Assembly: GCA_023394045.1 (NCBI GenBank)
Contig: JAEXBN010000043.1
Span: 12,208-76,207 of the forward strand
Direction: 5' to 3'
DNA from: Bacillota bacterium
GTDB taxonomy: Bacteria; Bacillota; Clostridia; Tissierellales; Peptoniphilaceae
DNA: 64,000 nucleotides
The notes beneath the pieces were generated by a model that had not been told where the DNA came from, made no database searches, and saw only the letters and a program-made list of their open reading frames with translations. Numbering within the stretch: the stretch's first letter is position 1; every line of letters starts with the position of its first letter. The position numbers and the translations under genes were made by a program. Below, in pieces: positions 10,848-20,771 of this stretch.

Positions 10848-12488
10848 ATGAGCCGAATTGAAGAACAACTAGTTGACCTGATTGCCAGAACGGTCGAAGA
10901 GACGTTTCAGGTGCATGAGGATGGCCTCGTGATGGTGGAAATTCCCAAGAACAACCAGTATGGGGATTATGCGACCAATGTCGCCATGCGCTTAGCGAAA
11001 ATCGTACACCGTTCTCCGCGTGATCTTTCCGGAGAGTTAGCGCCCCGTCTTGAGGCAGCCGCTGACTGGATTGAATCTGTGACGGTGGATGGGCCAGGAT
11101 TCATCAATTTTCGCCTGAAGAAATCTTCCATGGCTCAGGTGATTTCCCGCATTCTGAAAGAGGGCGCGGCATATGGCGAAAACACCTCGGGAAAGGGTCA
11201 GCGCGTTCTGGTGGAATATGTCAGCGCCAATCCCACAGGGGATCTTCATCTTGGGCATGCTCGCGGCGCTGTTTGGGGAGATGCAATAACCCGCTTGATG
11301 CGCAAAAGCGGATATGATGTGTTGCGCGAATATTATATCAACGATGCCGGCGCACAGATGGATCATCTGGCGGAATCGGTCTATTCACGGTATGCCGAGG
11401 TTTTTGGCGTTGACATTCCTATTCCAGAAGATGGATACATGGGGGAGGATGTCCGGATGATCGGCCATGCCATCGCAGAAGAAGAAGGCGATCGCTGGCT
11501 TTATCAGGAAGAAGGACGGCTGGAGCATTTCAGGGAGCGTGGGCGTGAAAAGGAGCTTGCGAAGCTGCGCCGTGATCTTGAGGATTTCCGCGTGTCTTTT
11601 GATTCCTGGATTTCGGAACAGTGGCTGTACGACCATGGCAAAGTGGACGCGGCCATTGAAAAGATGCAGGCGATGGGGCTGACCTATGAAAAGGATGGCG
11701 CCCTCTGGTTTGAAACGACTCGGTGGGGGGATGATAAGGATCGTGTGGTTCGCAAAGCCAATGGACGGCTGACCTACATGACTCCGGATATCGCGAATCA
11801 TCTGTATAAATTTGAACGCGGCTATGAGAAGCTGGTGGATCTGTGGGGAGCCGATCATCACGGCTATATTCCCCGGATGAAAGCCGCGATGCAGGCGTTT
11901 GGTTATTCCCCGGATGCACTGGAAGTGGATATTATCCAGATGGTGCGTCTCGTTGAAAATGGGGAAGAGGTCAAGATGTCCAAGCGCACGGGCAATGCCG
12001 TCACCATTCGTGAACTGTGCGAGGATATCGGTGTCGATGCTGCCCGATACTTTTTTGTGAATCGCGCGGTGGACACCCATTTTGATTTTGATCTTGGGCT
12101 GGCACGCTCTCAGTCCAATGATAATCCGATTTACTACATTCAATATGCGCATGCTCGGACTGCCGGGGTGCGCCGCAATGCGCCGGAGTTTCATCCGCAG
12201 GAAGAATATACGCGCCTGAGTGAGGAGACCGAGGTCGATCTTCTGAAGATGCTCAGCGAATTTCCGGATGAGGTGGCGCAGGCGGCAAAGTTGCGCGCGC
12301 CGAACCGCATTGCGAATTATCTGCAAAAGCTGGCGACCTTTTTCCATCGCTACTATGGGAAAGTCAAAGTGGTGGATGCGGCTGATCCAGAATTGACAAA
12401 TGAACGCCTTGGCTTAGTCATGGCGACAGCAGTGGTATTAGAAAATGCCTTGGACCTTCTCGGAATAAGCGCCCCGGACGAAATGTAA
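10848..12488 (+). CDS. argS: Arginine--tRNA ligase
   Basis: VEYVSANPTGDLHLGHAR, GADHHGY, KMSKRTG, YYIQYAHAR. Confidence 0.97.
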   Translation: MSRIEEQLVDLIARTVEETFQVHEDGLVMVEIPKNNQYGDYATNVAMRLAKIVHRSPRDLSGELAPRLEAAADWIESVTVDGPGFINFRLKKSSMAQVISRILKEGAAYGENTSGKGQRVLVEYVSANPTGDLHLGHARGAVWGDAITRLMRKSGYDVLREYYINDAGAQMDHLAESVYSRYAEVFGVDIPIPEDGYMGEDVRMIGHAIAEEEGDRWLYQEEGRLEHFRERGREKELAKLRRDLEDFRVSFDSWISEQWLYDHGKVDAAIEKMQAMGLTYEKDGALWFETTRWGDDKDRVVRKANGRLTYMTPDIANHLYKFERGYEKLVDLWGADHHGYIPRMKAAMQAFGYSPDALEVDIIQMVRLVENGEEVKMSKRTGNAVTIRELCEDIGVDAARYFFVNRAVDTHFDFDLGLARSQSNDNPIYYIQYAHARTAGVRRNAPEFHPQEEYTRLSEETEVDLLKMLSEFPDEVAQAAKLRAPNRIANYLQKLATFFHRYYGKVKVVDAADPELTNERLGLVMATAVVLENALDLLGISAPDEM

Positions 12489-12552
12489 AGGCGCATCACA
12501 TCGAATGGGCTCCGCTGTCGCCTGAGGCGAAGTTCGGAGCGGAAAGGAAGCC

Positions 12553-13791
12553 ATGAAACACGATCCGATATTTGTCAAAAGCGAAATACAGCCCCTGAAG
12601 CGCGTTCTGGTGCATCGCCCTGGCGATGAGCTGCTCCATTTGACGCCGGATACGCTGGAAGAACTTTTGTTTGATGATATTCCTTATATGCAAAATGCAC
12701 AGAGCGAGCATGATGCGTTCACCGATCTGTTGCGCTCTGAGGGCGTGGAGGTGGTCTACCTAGAAGATTTGATGACCGAAACGCTTGATGCGAATCCTGG
12801 TCTGCGAGACCGCTTTTTGAACGAATGGCTGGATGATGCGGAGGTATTTAGCCCATCGCATCGCGCCCGGATTCTCGACTATCTTTCAACGATTCAGGAT
12901 ACCAAAGTGCTGGTCAATAAAACCATTGCCGGCATTCCCAATCATGAAATGGGAACGGGGGAGCGAAAAAAGCTTGTCGATTTTGTGGAGCGTCCTTCGC
13001 ATTTTGCCGTCAATCCGATGCCCAATTTGTATTTTGCCCGTGATCCGTTTGCCTCTGTGGGAACCAATGTTTTAATCAATCACATGTATTCTAAGACGCG
13101 CAACCGCGAAACCATCTATGCTGATTATATTTTTCATCATCATCCGGCCTATGCGGGAAAGGTACGCGATCTGTATGGGCGTCATCGGCACTTCCATATG
13201 GAAGGCGGCGATGTCCTGAATATTTCCGAAGACACCTTGCTGATTGGCGTTTCCCAGAGAACGGAAGCGGATGCTGTTGAACTGCTCGCAAAAGAGCTGT
13301 TCTTTTCCGAACAAGAGATCCCCATTCGCCAAATTTACGCCGCGACAATCCCAATGGTGCGCAATTATATGCATCTGGATACCGTGCTGACACAAATTGA
13401 TGTCAACGCGTTCACCTATTATCCCAACATTCGAGGGACGCTTGGCTTCTTCCGGCTGACTCCTGGAAAACAGGGGCGGATCAACATTGATGCCGTCGAT
13501 GGGGAACTGGAAGAGGTTTTGGAAAAGATGGTGGGGGTTGATGAGATCAAGCTCTATCCTTGTGGCGGAGGCGATTCGATCGCAGCGGAGCGTGAACAGT
13601 GGACGGATGGCGCGAATACGCTGACCTTGAAGCCGCGTACCATCGTCGTGTATCAGCGCAACTTCCGTACCAATGAAATGCTGGATCGAGCCGGGTTCCG
13701 TGTGCTGACGATCGATGCGGACAACTTGTCCGTGGGCCGCGGAGGTCCGCGCTGCATGTCCATGCCGCTGGAAAGAGAATATCACCTTTAG
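12553..13791 (+). CDS. arcA: Arginine deiminase
   Basis: VKSEIQPLKRVLVHRPG, PMPNLYFARD, EGGD, MHLDTV, GRGGPRCMSMPL. Confidence 0.96.
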   Translation: MKHDPIFVKSEIQPLKRVLVHRPGDELLHLTPDTLEELLFDDIPYMQNAQSEHDAFTDLLRSEGVEVVYLEDLMTETLDANPGLRDRFLNEWLDDAEVFSPSHRARILDYLSTIQDTKVLVNKTIAGIPNHEMGTGERKKLVDFVERPSHFAVNPMPNLYFARDPFASVGTNVLINHMYSKTRNRETIYADYIFHHHPAYAGKVRDLYGRHRHFHMEGGDVLNISEDTLLIGVSQRTEADAVELLAKELFFSEQEIPIRQIYAATIPMVRNYMHLDTVLTQIDVNAFTYYPNIRGTLGFFRLTPGKQGRINIDAVDGELEEVLEKMVGVDEIKLYPCGGGDSIAAEREQWTDGANTLTLKPRTIVVYQRNFRTNEMLDRAGFRVLTIDADNLSVGRGGPRCMSMPLEREYHL

Positions 13792-13929
13792 ATTTAGAAC
13801 GATTTTTAGAGCGATTAAAATACCTAGATCGATTTCATATCCACTGTTTTTCATCCGGTCATCCGGTGAAAATAGAAGTCCGGAGCCATTGCCCGGGCTG
13901 GCGCATCAAAACGAATCAGGAGGAGTCTC

Positions 13930-14934
13930 ATGCCCATCAATCTGCAAGGTCGTAGTTTATTAACATTGAAGGATTATACGCCCGACGAAATCCGCTATCT
14001 GATTGAACTCAGCGCTGATTTTAAGCGGCTGAAACGCACACACACACCACATCGTTATCTTGAAGGAAAAAATATTGTCCTTTTGTTTGAAAAGACATCC
14101 ACACGGACCCGCTGTTCCTTTGAGGTGGCGGGATATGATCTGGGAATGGGGGTCACCTATCTGGATCCGGGTTCGAGTCAGATGGGCAAAAAAGAGTCCA
14201 TTGAGGATACCGCAAAGGTGCTCGGGCGCTTCTATGATGGGATCGAGTATCGCGGATTTGATCAGAAACTGGTGGAAATTTTGGCAGAAAACGCCGGTGT
14301 CCCGGTATGGAATGGACTGACCGATGCGTTCCATCCCACGCAGATGATTGCGGATATGCTCACGGTGCAGGAAGAATTCGGCCGTCTCAAGGGGATCAAT
14401 TTTGTCTATCTCGGCGATGCTCGAAGCAACATGGGCAATTCTCTGATGATTGTTTGCGCAAAACTGGGTCTGAATTTTACGGGATGCAGTCCAAAAGCGC
14501 TGTGGCCGTCGGAGGATCTGATTGCACAGGCGAGAGAATATGCGGAAGAATCCGGCGGAAGCGTACGTTTTACGGAAAATGTGGAAGAAGGCATCCAAGG
14601 CGCCCATGTGGTCGATACGGATATTTGGGTCTCCATGGGGGAGCCGGAAGAACTTTGGGCAGAACGCATTCAAATGCTCCATCCCTATCAGGTGAATGCC
14701 AAGTTGATGGCCATGGCGGATCCGGATGCGATCTTTATGCACTGTCTGCCGTCCTTCCACGATCACAACACGAAGATTGGACGCGAAATTGCGGAAAAAT
14801 TCGGCGATCAATATGATCTGAATGGCATGGAAGTCACCGATGAGGTGTTCCGTAGCAAGCAAAGCCGCGTTTTTGATGAGGCTGAAAACCGTATGCATAC
14901 GATTAAAGCCATCATGTACGCGACACTGAAATAA
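13930..14934 (+). CDS. arcB: Ornithine carbamoyltransferase (catabolic by context)
   Basis: STRT, HPTQ, WVSMG and HCLP motifs; follows arcA. Confidence 0.93.
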   Translation: MPINLQGRSLLTLKDYTPDEIRYLIELSADFKRLKRTHTPHRYLEGKNIVLLFEKTSTRTRCSFEVAGYDLGMGVTYLDPGSSQMGKKESIEDTAKVLGRFYDGIEYRGFDQKLVEILAENAGVPVWNGLTDAFHPTQMIADMLTVQEEFGRLKGINFVYLGDARSNMGNSLMIVCAKLGLNFTGCSPKALWPSEDLIAQAREYAEESGGSVRFTENVEEGIQGAHVVDTDIWVSMGEPEELWAERIQMLHPYQVNAKLMAMADPDAIFMHCLPSFHDHNTKIGREIAEKFGDQYDLNGMEVTDEVFRSKQSRVFDEAENRMHTIKAIMYATLK

Positions 14935-14946
14935 TGCTGAAATCAA

Positions 14947-15759
14947 ATGGATGAAACCAAGATTCATCATGGTCTGATTACGGTAGCGTTTGGCTCAACC
15001 AGCAGGGAAGCCCGCGAACGGGATCTTCTTCCGGCGATTCAGAAGATCCGAAGCGGCATCCGCGATGTGGTCCATGTGGATGCGATACGCTCAGATAAAA
15101 TTAGACAGAAAGTGGAGACCCGCGAGGGTCTTCATTTGCGTTCTCTGGATGAAGCGTTTGACTGTTGCGCTGCCATCCCGTGCCGGGATATTTATGTTCA
15201 GCCGCTGGTGCTGCAGCCGGGAAGGGAGATGGAACGGATCCGATCCCTCTGTCTTCGGCAAGCGCACCGGTTTGCGTCCATTCGTATCGGATTGCCGCTC
15301 TTGTCCAGCGAAGAGGGGCGTATGGCGGCACAACATTATATATGGAAAGCAGAGAGGAAAGAGCCTGATTGCCGTCATCTTTGGATGTTGCACGGCTGGA
15401 CGTCTCAGAATTCCTGCGGAGAAATGAGAACGATTCAACAGTTTCTCCGCTCCATTCAGACGCAGCATACACAGGCGGCGTTGATGGAAGGCGAACCAGG
15501 GCTGGATTCAGCGATTGACGCGTTCAAACAGCAGCCGATAGAGACCGGAACGGCGCTCATCCTGCATCCTTTTTTATTAACGCTCGGGCATCACGCGCAT
15601 CTCGACTTGTTTGGAGATCATGAGCAGTCGTGGAAGAGCCGTCTGGAGAAAGAAGGGTTCAAGGTGTGCCCATCCTTTCAGGGGCTGGGATCGGATCCGG
15701 ATATTCAGAGATTTTTTTTAGAGGCTGCCCAAGAGGGAATACAGCAGCTCGGACGGTAG
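14947..15759 (+). CDS. CbiK-like class II (sirohydrochlorin cobalto)chelatase, divergent
   Basis: VAFGST, IYVQPL, IGLPLL, MLHG, LHPFLLTLGHHA..D..GD...SWKSRL, GLGSDPDIQ. Confidence 0.8.
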   Translation: MDETKIHHGLITVAFGSTSREARERDLLPAIQKIRSGIRDVVHVDAIRSDKIRQKVETREGLHLRSLDEAFDCCAAIPCRDIYVQPLVLQPGREMERIRSLCLRQAHRFASIRIGLPLLSSEEGRMAAQHYIWKAERKEPDCRHLWMLHGWTSQNSCGEMRTIQQFLRSIQTQHTQAALMEGEPGLDSAIDAFKQQPIETGTALILHPFLLTLGHHAHLDLFGDHEQSWKSRLEKEGFKVCPSFQGLGSDPDIQRFFLEAAQEGIQQLGR

Positions 15760-15791
15760 CAGTCGATGGGTTCGCTGAGTTCAATATAATT

Positions 15792-15821
15792 TTTGTCACA
15801 AAATCAATATTTTGTGACAAA
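15792..15821. other. Candidate dif site (perfect inverted repeat, 11-12 bp arms with 6 bp spacer)
   Basis: TTTGTCACAAAA-TCAATA-TTTTGTGACAAA between convergent genes at the coding-strand switch. Confidence 0.65.
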
Positions 15822-15832
15822 CTAGGGCGTGC

Positions 15833-15871
15833 AAAAGAAACGACCGTCTCACACGACGGCCGTTTCTTTTT
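15833..15871. terminator. Bidirectional intrinsic terminator
   Basis: AAAAGAAACGACCGTC-TCACAC-GACGGCCGTTTCTTTTT between convergent genes. Confidence 0.85.
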
Positions 15872-15895
15872 ATTGGTTTATTGGCTGTTGGCTTT

Positions 15896-18313
15896 CTATA
15901 GATTCCAAACGTCATGAATCATCCATGCCGCCACCGAATGTTCCTTTTTATATTTTTGATGCAGCAAACTCATCCATTGATGAATCTGAAGAAGATCCTT
16001 CTCTGTTGGTTCGGCCTCTCCATAAATGATGGGCTCAACCACGCGTATGGCGGCTCTGATCGATGCGCGATCGTTTGCGTCCATACCGAGAAGCTTCATG
16101 ATCTTTCGGATCATCATGCCTGCACTATCCGATGGCTTTAACTCCATGCCGTGAAGCTTCAGCAACCGTTCCATTTGAGCCCACATGACGAGGAAGCGCT
16201 CCCGATCGGTTTTTGCAGCCTGTTGAATCCAGACTGGATTTTGGCGCCGGTACCATGCCCGGACTTTAAGTACGTTGAGTCCGACAAAGCCCAAGAGCAG
16301 GATGAGAAGCATGGCAATCACCACCATGGACTCCTTCTTGTCTGTTTCTGTGGATGGAACGTCCTCCAGCGGCATGTCCGCGGCATCCGGCAGCGATTCT
16401 GAATCGCTTGCTGTGGAAGGAGAATCTTCAATGGATTCCATGGAGCTTGATGGTTCACTTGAGGATGAGCCGCTTGATTCAGAGGAAGATTCCTCTTGGG
16501 GGTTCAGGACTTCCGGAAGCGTCGGCATCGTGGATGCCTGAGCAGCTTGATCCGCGTCTAATCCGCTGAGGGCGCTCACATGTGAGGCGGGTGTGGTTTC
16601 CATGGGAACCCATCCGATCCCTTCCAGCTGAATCTCTGTCCAGGCATGCGCCTGTTTGGCGGAGATCGTCCGTTCGCTGATCCCGTCCTGTGTGCGGTTT
16701 CCCTGCGGAATGATGAACCCCTCGGCATAACGCGTCGGATATCCGATATCTTTTAACAGGACGCTATAGGCTGTCGCGAAGTAGACGCAGTATCCCTTCC
16801 TATTTGTTAAAAAATGATCAATAAAGAACTGGTCATCCGGAATTTCAGGGACGTTGAGCTCATAGGTATAGTTTTTCTCAAAATGAGCGCGCATTGCTTG
16901 TATGAGCGTTGGAAAATCAAGATTTTGATCGTAGAGAATGGCGGCAAGCTCGGGATCGCGCTGCCGCACCATCGCCTCATATTGACGCTCTCCCTGATCG
17001 ATCCGCACAGGGTGCATCGATTGTTGCACCTGGGCATTCCAGAAATTGGAGACGGGAGAAACAAAATCGACGCTGACCAGCCCATGATCCGCATAAGGGC
17101 GTCCTGAGACCAGCATACCGGAGGGGCTGAAGAAGAACGCGGTCTTGGCATCGTATTGCGAGATGATCTGATCGGTCGTCATCCCGACAGGAGGATCTGC
17201 GGAAAGATGCGTCATCGCCATGGGCTTTCCCCCATGGAAAACGATGCGCGTCGGATCTTGGGTCTTAAACCAATAGAGTGTCGGCCGCAGGATTCCGGAT
17301 TGGAGCGCCTGATCGCGGGATGATGCGTCAGAAAACCAGAAGGCATGCGCATAGGCAGAGGTGAATTCATCATAAAATGCAGAATTCCAAGTGATTTGCG
17401 TGAGCGCTTCATTCTGCTTTAGGGACCAGGTGTGCCCATCAAAGGTATCATAGGCGGAGCCCCGAAAGTAAAAGGAATCCGGATCGGCTTTGATTTTCAG
17501 GTAAGGCGCATCGTTCAGTGTTACCGGCCCGCCAACACGAAGATTGCCTTGGGGATAAAATCCCAGTTCAGCGAGCGAAAAACTGGAGACCTCTGTATTG
17601 GTATCCGTGGGAAGATAGGCATTGATCCGATCGGAAAGACGTTCGTTGAAGAACAGCGATGGAGGCAAAATCAGCTGCAAGAGAAAGGTGAGCACGAGAA
17701 CCAGCGCTCCAAAAAAAATGGGCGGCCGCTGATCGTGGTGCGTGGGATCCTGGCGATAGGCATAGGATCCATACACGCCAAATAGACCGGATAAAAGCCA
17801 GAACAGCCATTGTCGGCCTGAACTGAGGTCTTCAATGAAGAAGAGCGGCGCGATCAGAAAGCACATGTTGAGAATGGGAATGGGCAGCGCCCAATGAGTC
17901 AAGACGCTTAGAACAGTGATCAAACCGGATAGGAGTATAGGAAGCGCGGAAGGCATGGCTCCGCGTTCCACGATCGGCGTGATCAGAAAATTGACGCTAT
18001 CGCGGACATCCTTCATCCAAGAAGCCCACCATTCCGCGCCAATCAGCGGGATGGCCAAGCGATGCCCAGAGAGCCTTTGCACGCCGACTGCCAGAGCAAT
18101 GGAAAAGACCACGACTCCTGAGATCTTCCAGTATCGCAGGATCACCATAAAACCCAGCGCCACGGCAGCGACCATCACCAATCGTGAAAAAAGATTCAGA
18201 GCAGGAATCTGAGTCAGTCGAAATGTAAAATAAATCACAGATAGAGCAAAAAACGTCGTGGTCAGCCACGACTGCAGCATCTGGATTATATCGCGCTGTT
18301 GTTCTCTGTCCAT
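15896..18313 (-). CDS. Membrane-anchored transglutaminase-like (TgpA/YebA-type) protein
   Basis: N-terminal TM bundle, YFRGSAYDTFDGHTW, KGYCVYFAT, HAWTE, GWVPMETTP, Ser/Glu-rich linker, C-terminal TM. Confidence 0.85.
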   Translation of the reverse strand: MDREQQRDIIQMLQSWLTTTFFALSVIYFTFRLTQIPALNLFSRLVMVAAVALGFMVILRYWKISGVVVFSIALAVGVQRLSGHRLAIPLIGAEWWASWMKDVRDSVNFLITPIVERGAMPSALPILLSGLITVLSVLTHWALPIPILNMCFLIAPLFFIEDLSSGRQWLFWLLSGLFGVYGSYAYRQDPTHHDQRPPIFFGALVLVLTFLLQLILPPSLFFNERLSDRINAYLPTDTNTEVSSFSLAELGFYPQGNLRVGGPVTLNDAPYLKIKADPDSFYFRGSAYDTFDGHTWSLKQNEALTQITWNSAFYDEFTSAYAHAFWFSDASSRDQALQSGILRPTLYWFKTQDPTRIVFHGGKPMAMTHLSADPPVGMTTDQIISQYDAKTAFFFSPSGMLVSGRPYADHGLVSVDFVSPVSNFWNAQVQQSMHPVRIDQGERQYEAMVRQRDPELAAILYDQNLDFPTLIQAMRAHFEKNYTYELNVPEIPDDQFFIDHFLTNRKGYCVYFATAYSVLLKDIGYPTRYAEGFIIPQGNRTQDGISERTISAKQAHAWTEIQLEGIGWVPMETTPASHVSALSGLDADQAAQASTMPTLPEVLNPQEESSSESSGSSSSEPSSSMESIEDSPSTASDSESLPDAADMPLEDVPSTETDKKESMVVIAMLLILLLGFVGLNVLKVRAWYRRQNPVWIQQAAKTDRERFLVMWAQMERLLKLHGMELKPSDSAGMMIRKIMKLLGMDANDRASIRAAIRVVEPIIYGEAEPTEKDLLQIHQWMSLLHQKYKKEHSVAAWMIHDVWNL

Positions 18314-19494
18314 GATGTCTCCTCATCCAGCCATATGCTTTCAATGGCGGACTGTTCCAGTTTTTGAATCAGATCGGTTTGGATTTGGCTGCGTACGGTG
18401 ATAAGCCGAAATTCAAATCCGAGCCTTTGATAGTTCAGCAGACTTCCGAAAATGGATTCATTCAACTGCTCCACCCAGATCAACTGGGGGTTTCCTTCCG
18501 TTTGAGATAACCGCAGGCTCTCATTGGCACTCTGATAGGGCAATTGTGCCAGAAGCACCCCAAGGCGGTCATCATCCGATGCAATCGGCGATAAATGGTG
18601 AAGCTCCCCTTCCCGATCTCCAATATCCACAGGATATCCTAAATCAAGCAGATCGAGAACTGCGGAGAAAAAGAGATCCAGAAAATGCGTGCGCTCTCGC
18701 ATTCTCTCATCCACCATCGGATTTTCCTGGGAACGCAGACCAGAAAAGCGTGCTCGTCCGGAAAATTTCACCGAACGAGGAACGGCAATCATCCGGAAGG
18801 GTTCTTGATCCACATCGGAATAGTGGCGAACCATCCATTTTTGCATACGCGCACTCAGTTTCCAATGCACGTGAGAAAAGCCTTCCCCATCGCGCATGGG
18901 GTCAATCGAAAAAATTTCATCACTCTGCTGCGTCAGGGAGACATGATCAACGACTTGATCATCCGCCTTTCCCAGCGATCCGGAAAAGGGCTTGAAGCCC
19001 TCCACACGCGCAGGGAGAGCCAGACACTTTAGGGTCTGATTGGTATGCGCAGGAAGGGTCAGCCGAAAAAAGCCCAAGAGATCTTCGACATAAGGTTCTC
19101 CTGCAGCAAACGTATAGACTCCGATATACGGCGTATCAAACGGAATGCGGATGATGCGTTCAGAACGAGGTGCCACCATGACCTCTGTCTGCTGTTGGTG
19201 GGATTTTTTGGAAGGAATCGGATAGTGCAGGAAAAACGGCATCAGATGAGATTGGTTATCAAGAGCCATAATCCATGTGCCGCGCTCGCCGTGAATCAAT
19301 CGCAGAGGCTCAAGGGATTCCTTTCGATGGAACCGACGCCGCATGGTCAAGCTGAAACCCAGCGAGAGAATGGGAAGCAGCATCCAAAAAATCAGCAGAA
19401 TGTGCGGAAAGACACGCAAACGGATGTTCGCCAACAGGAAAAGAGCAATCCAGCCGACAGCCCAGAAAATGAAGCGCAGGCGGATGCCTTTCAT
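18286..19494 (-). CDS. DUF58 domain protein
   Basis: N-terminal TMs, EDLLGFF, VHWKLSAR; sits between MoxR and the transglutaminase. Confidence 0.85.
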   Translation of the reverse strand: MKGIRLRFIFWAVGWIALFLLANIRLRVFPHILLIFWMLLPILSLGFSLTMRRRFHRKESLEPLRLIHGERGTWIMALDNQSHLMPFFLHYPIPSKKSHQQQTEVMVAPRSERIIRIPFDTPYIGVYTFAAGEPYVEDLLGFFRLTLPAHTNQTLKCLALPARVEGFKPFSGSLGKADDQVVDHVSLTQQSDEIFSIDPMRDGEGFSHVHWKLSARMQKWMVRHYSDVDQEPFRMIAVPRSVKFSGRARFSGLRSQENPMVDERMRERTHFLDLFFSAVLDLLDLGYPVDIGDREGELHHLSPIASDDDRLGVLLAQLPYQSANESLRLSQTEGNPQLIWVEQLNESIFGSLLNYQRLGFEFRLITVRSQIQTDLIQKLEQSAIESIWLDEETSWTENNSAI

Positions 19495-20447
19495 CGTGGT
19501 GCCTTCGTTTCATGGAGGATCGTCTCCACCACATCATGCGAAGTCAAACCTCGCCCACGGCTTTGCGGCGTCAAGATAATGCGATGATCCAGAACGTCAT
19601 GCACGAGAGTCTGGACATCTTCTGGAGTGACATAATCACGTCCGCTCAGTAAAGCCAGCGTCTGGGCGGCGCCGAAGAGCATCTGCGCGGCGCGCGGGCT
19701 GACCCCCAGTTCCACCTCATCAAGGGTTCTTGTTGCCCGGCAGAGATCCAGAATATATCGTTTCACGCCATCGTTGACCGTGACTTCAAGAACCTGCTCG
19801 CGCAGCCATCGGATGGTATCAGCTTCAGCAACGACCGCCACATCGTGCTCAATCCGGCGCATCGCATTCGTTGCGACAATTTCGAGTTCCTCTTCATAAG
19901 AGGGATATCCAATGGAAATGCGCATCATAAAGCGATCCATCTGCGCTTCCGGAAGCGGATACGTCCCCACATTTTCCACCGGATTCTGCGTGGCCATGAC
20001 CATAAATGGATCTGGAAGCCGGTACGTCTTTCCTTCGACGGTGACCTGATGCTCCTGCATGGCCTCCAGCAGCGCAGACTGTGTGCGCGGTGAAGAACGG
20101 TTGATCTCATCGGCAAGAAGAATCTGTGTATTGGCGGCTCCCTCACGGAACTCAAATTCCGACGTTTTGGGGTTATAGATATTAAATCCGGTGACATCGG
20201 AAGGCATGAGATCCGGAGTGAATTGAATCCGGTGAAAATCGAGCCGCACCGACTTTGCTAACGCATGGACGAGTGTCGTTTTGCCGATTCCTGGAACATC
20301 TTCGAGCAAAACATGTCCTCCGGCTAAGAGGCAGATCAACATTTTTTTCAGCGGAATGTCCTTCCCTACCACAACCTTTCGGATGCTGTTCATGACATTT
20401 TCGCCTAACTCATGTGCAGTGGCAATCGCCTGTGGATGTATGCTCAT
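19491..20447 (-). CDS. MoxR-family AAA+ ATPase
   Basis: LLEDVPGIGKT, RIQFTPDLMPSD, DEINR, TQNP, PLPEAQMDRF; ATG at 20447 overlaps the upstream stop. Confidence 0.95.
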   Translation of the reverse strand: MSIHPQAIATAHELGENVMNSIRKVVVGKDIPLKKMLICLLAGGHVLLEDVPGIGKTTLVHALAKSVRLDFHRIQFTPDLMPSDVTGFNIYNPKTSEFEFREGAANTQILLADEINRSSPRTQSALLEAMQEHQVTVEGKTYRLPDPFMVMATQNPVENVGTYPLPEAQMDRFMMRISIGYPSYEEELEIVATNAMRRIEHDVAVVAEADTIRWLREQVLEVTVNDGVKRYILDLCRATRTLDEVELGVSPRAAQMLFGAAQTLALLSGRDYVTPEDVQTLVHDVLDHRIILTPQSRGRGLTSHDVVETILHETKAPR

Positions 20448-20743
20448 CGACGTTCTCCTGTTTTGCCATCCCGTGTTTCCCAGATGATGACATCGTTCAA
20501 AGTTTCTTTCCATTCGTCCAGCGCTTCTTTTTGATCGTTGGCGGGCATTGCATCATCCCATGTTTCCGCCACGCCGAGATCAAAATGCGCTTCCCCATAT
20601 CTGTTCCATTCTTCCTGTAATTCTGCATCAAAATGCGCTCCATGGCGCAGAAGATCCAGCATTGTGCTTAAAGCCTGTTCATCATGGATCACGAATAATG
20701 TTTGATGATCCGAATCAACACAGGTAAAGATAACAAGTTTCAC
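20444..20743 (-). CDS. Small protein resembling a degenerate GIY-YIG (LuxR-associated type) domain
   Basis: GTG start after GGGAGAG; LRHGAHFDAELQEEWNRYGEAHFDLGVAE; stop overlaps the MoxR ATG. Confidence 0.6.
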   Translation of the reverse strand: MKLVIFTCVDSDHQTLFVIHDEQALSTMLDLLRHGAHFDAELQEEWNRYGEAHFDLGVAETWDDAMPANDQKEALDEWKETLNDVIIWETRDGKTGERR

Positions 20744-20771
20744 CCTACTCTCCCATTTGTAACCTTTTTGT

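Noticed and set aside
11385..14970. Long antisense ORFs opposite argS, arcA and arcB (similar ones lie opposite the ynbB-like gene, ispH-rpsA and rel)
   Set aside because: Shadow ORFs expected from codon bias; no RBS or motifs.
15792..15821. Palindrome read as a CRP/Rex-type operator or as a terminator
   Set aside because: It is not upstream of any gene, its half-site orientation is opposite to CRP/Rex boxes, and a proper terminator already lies just downstream.
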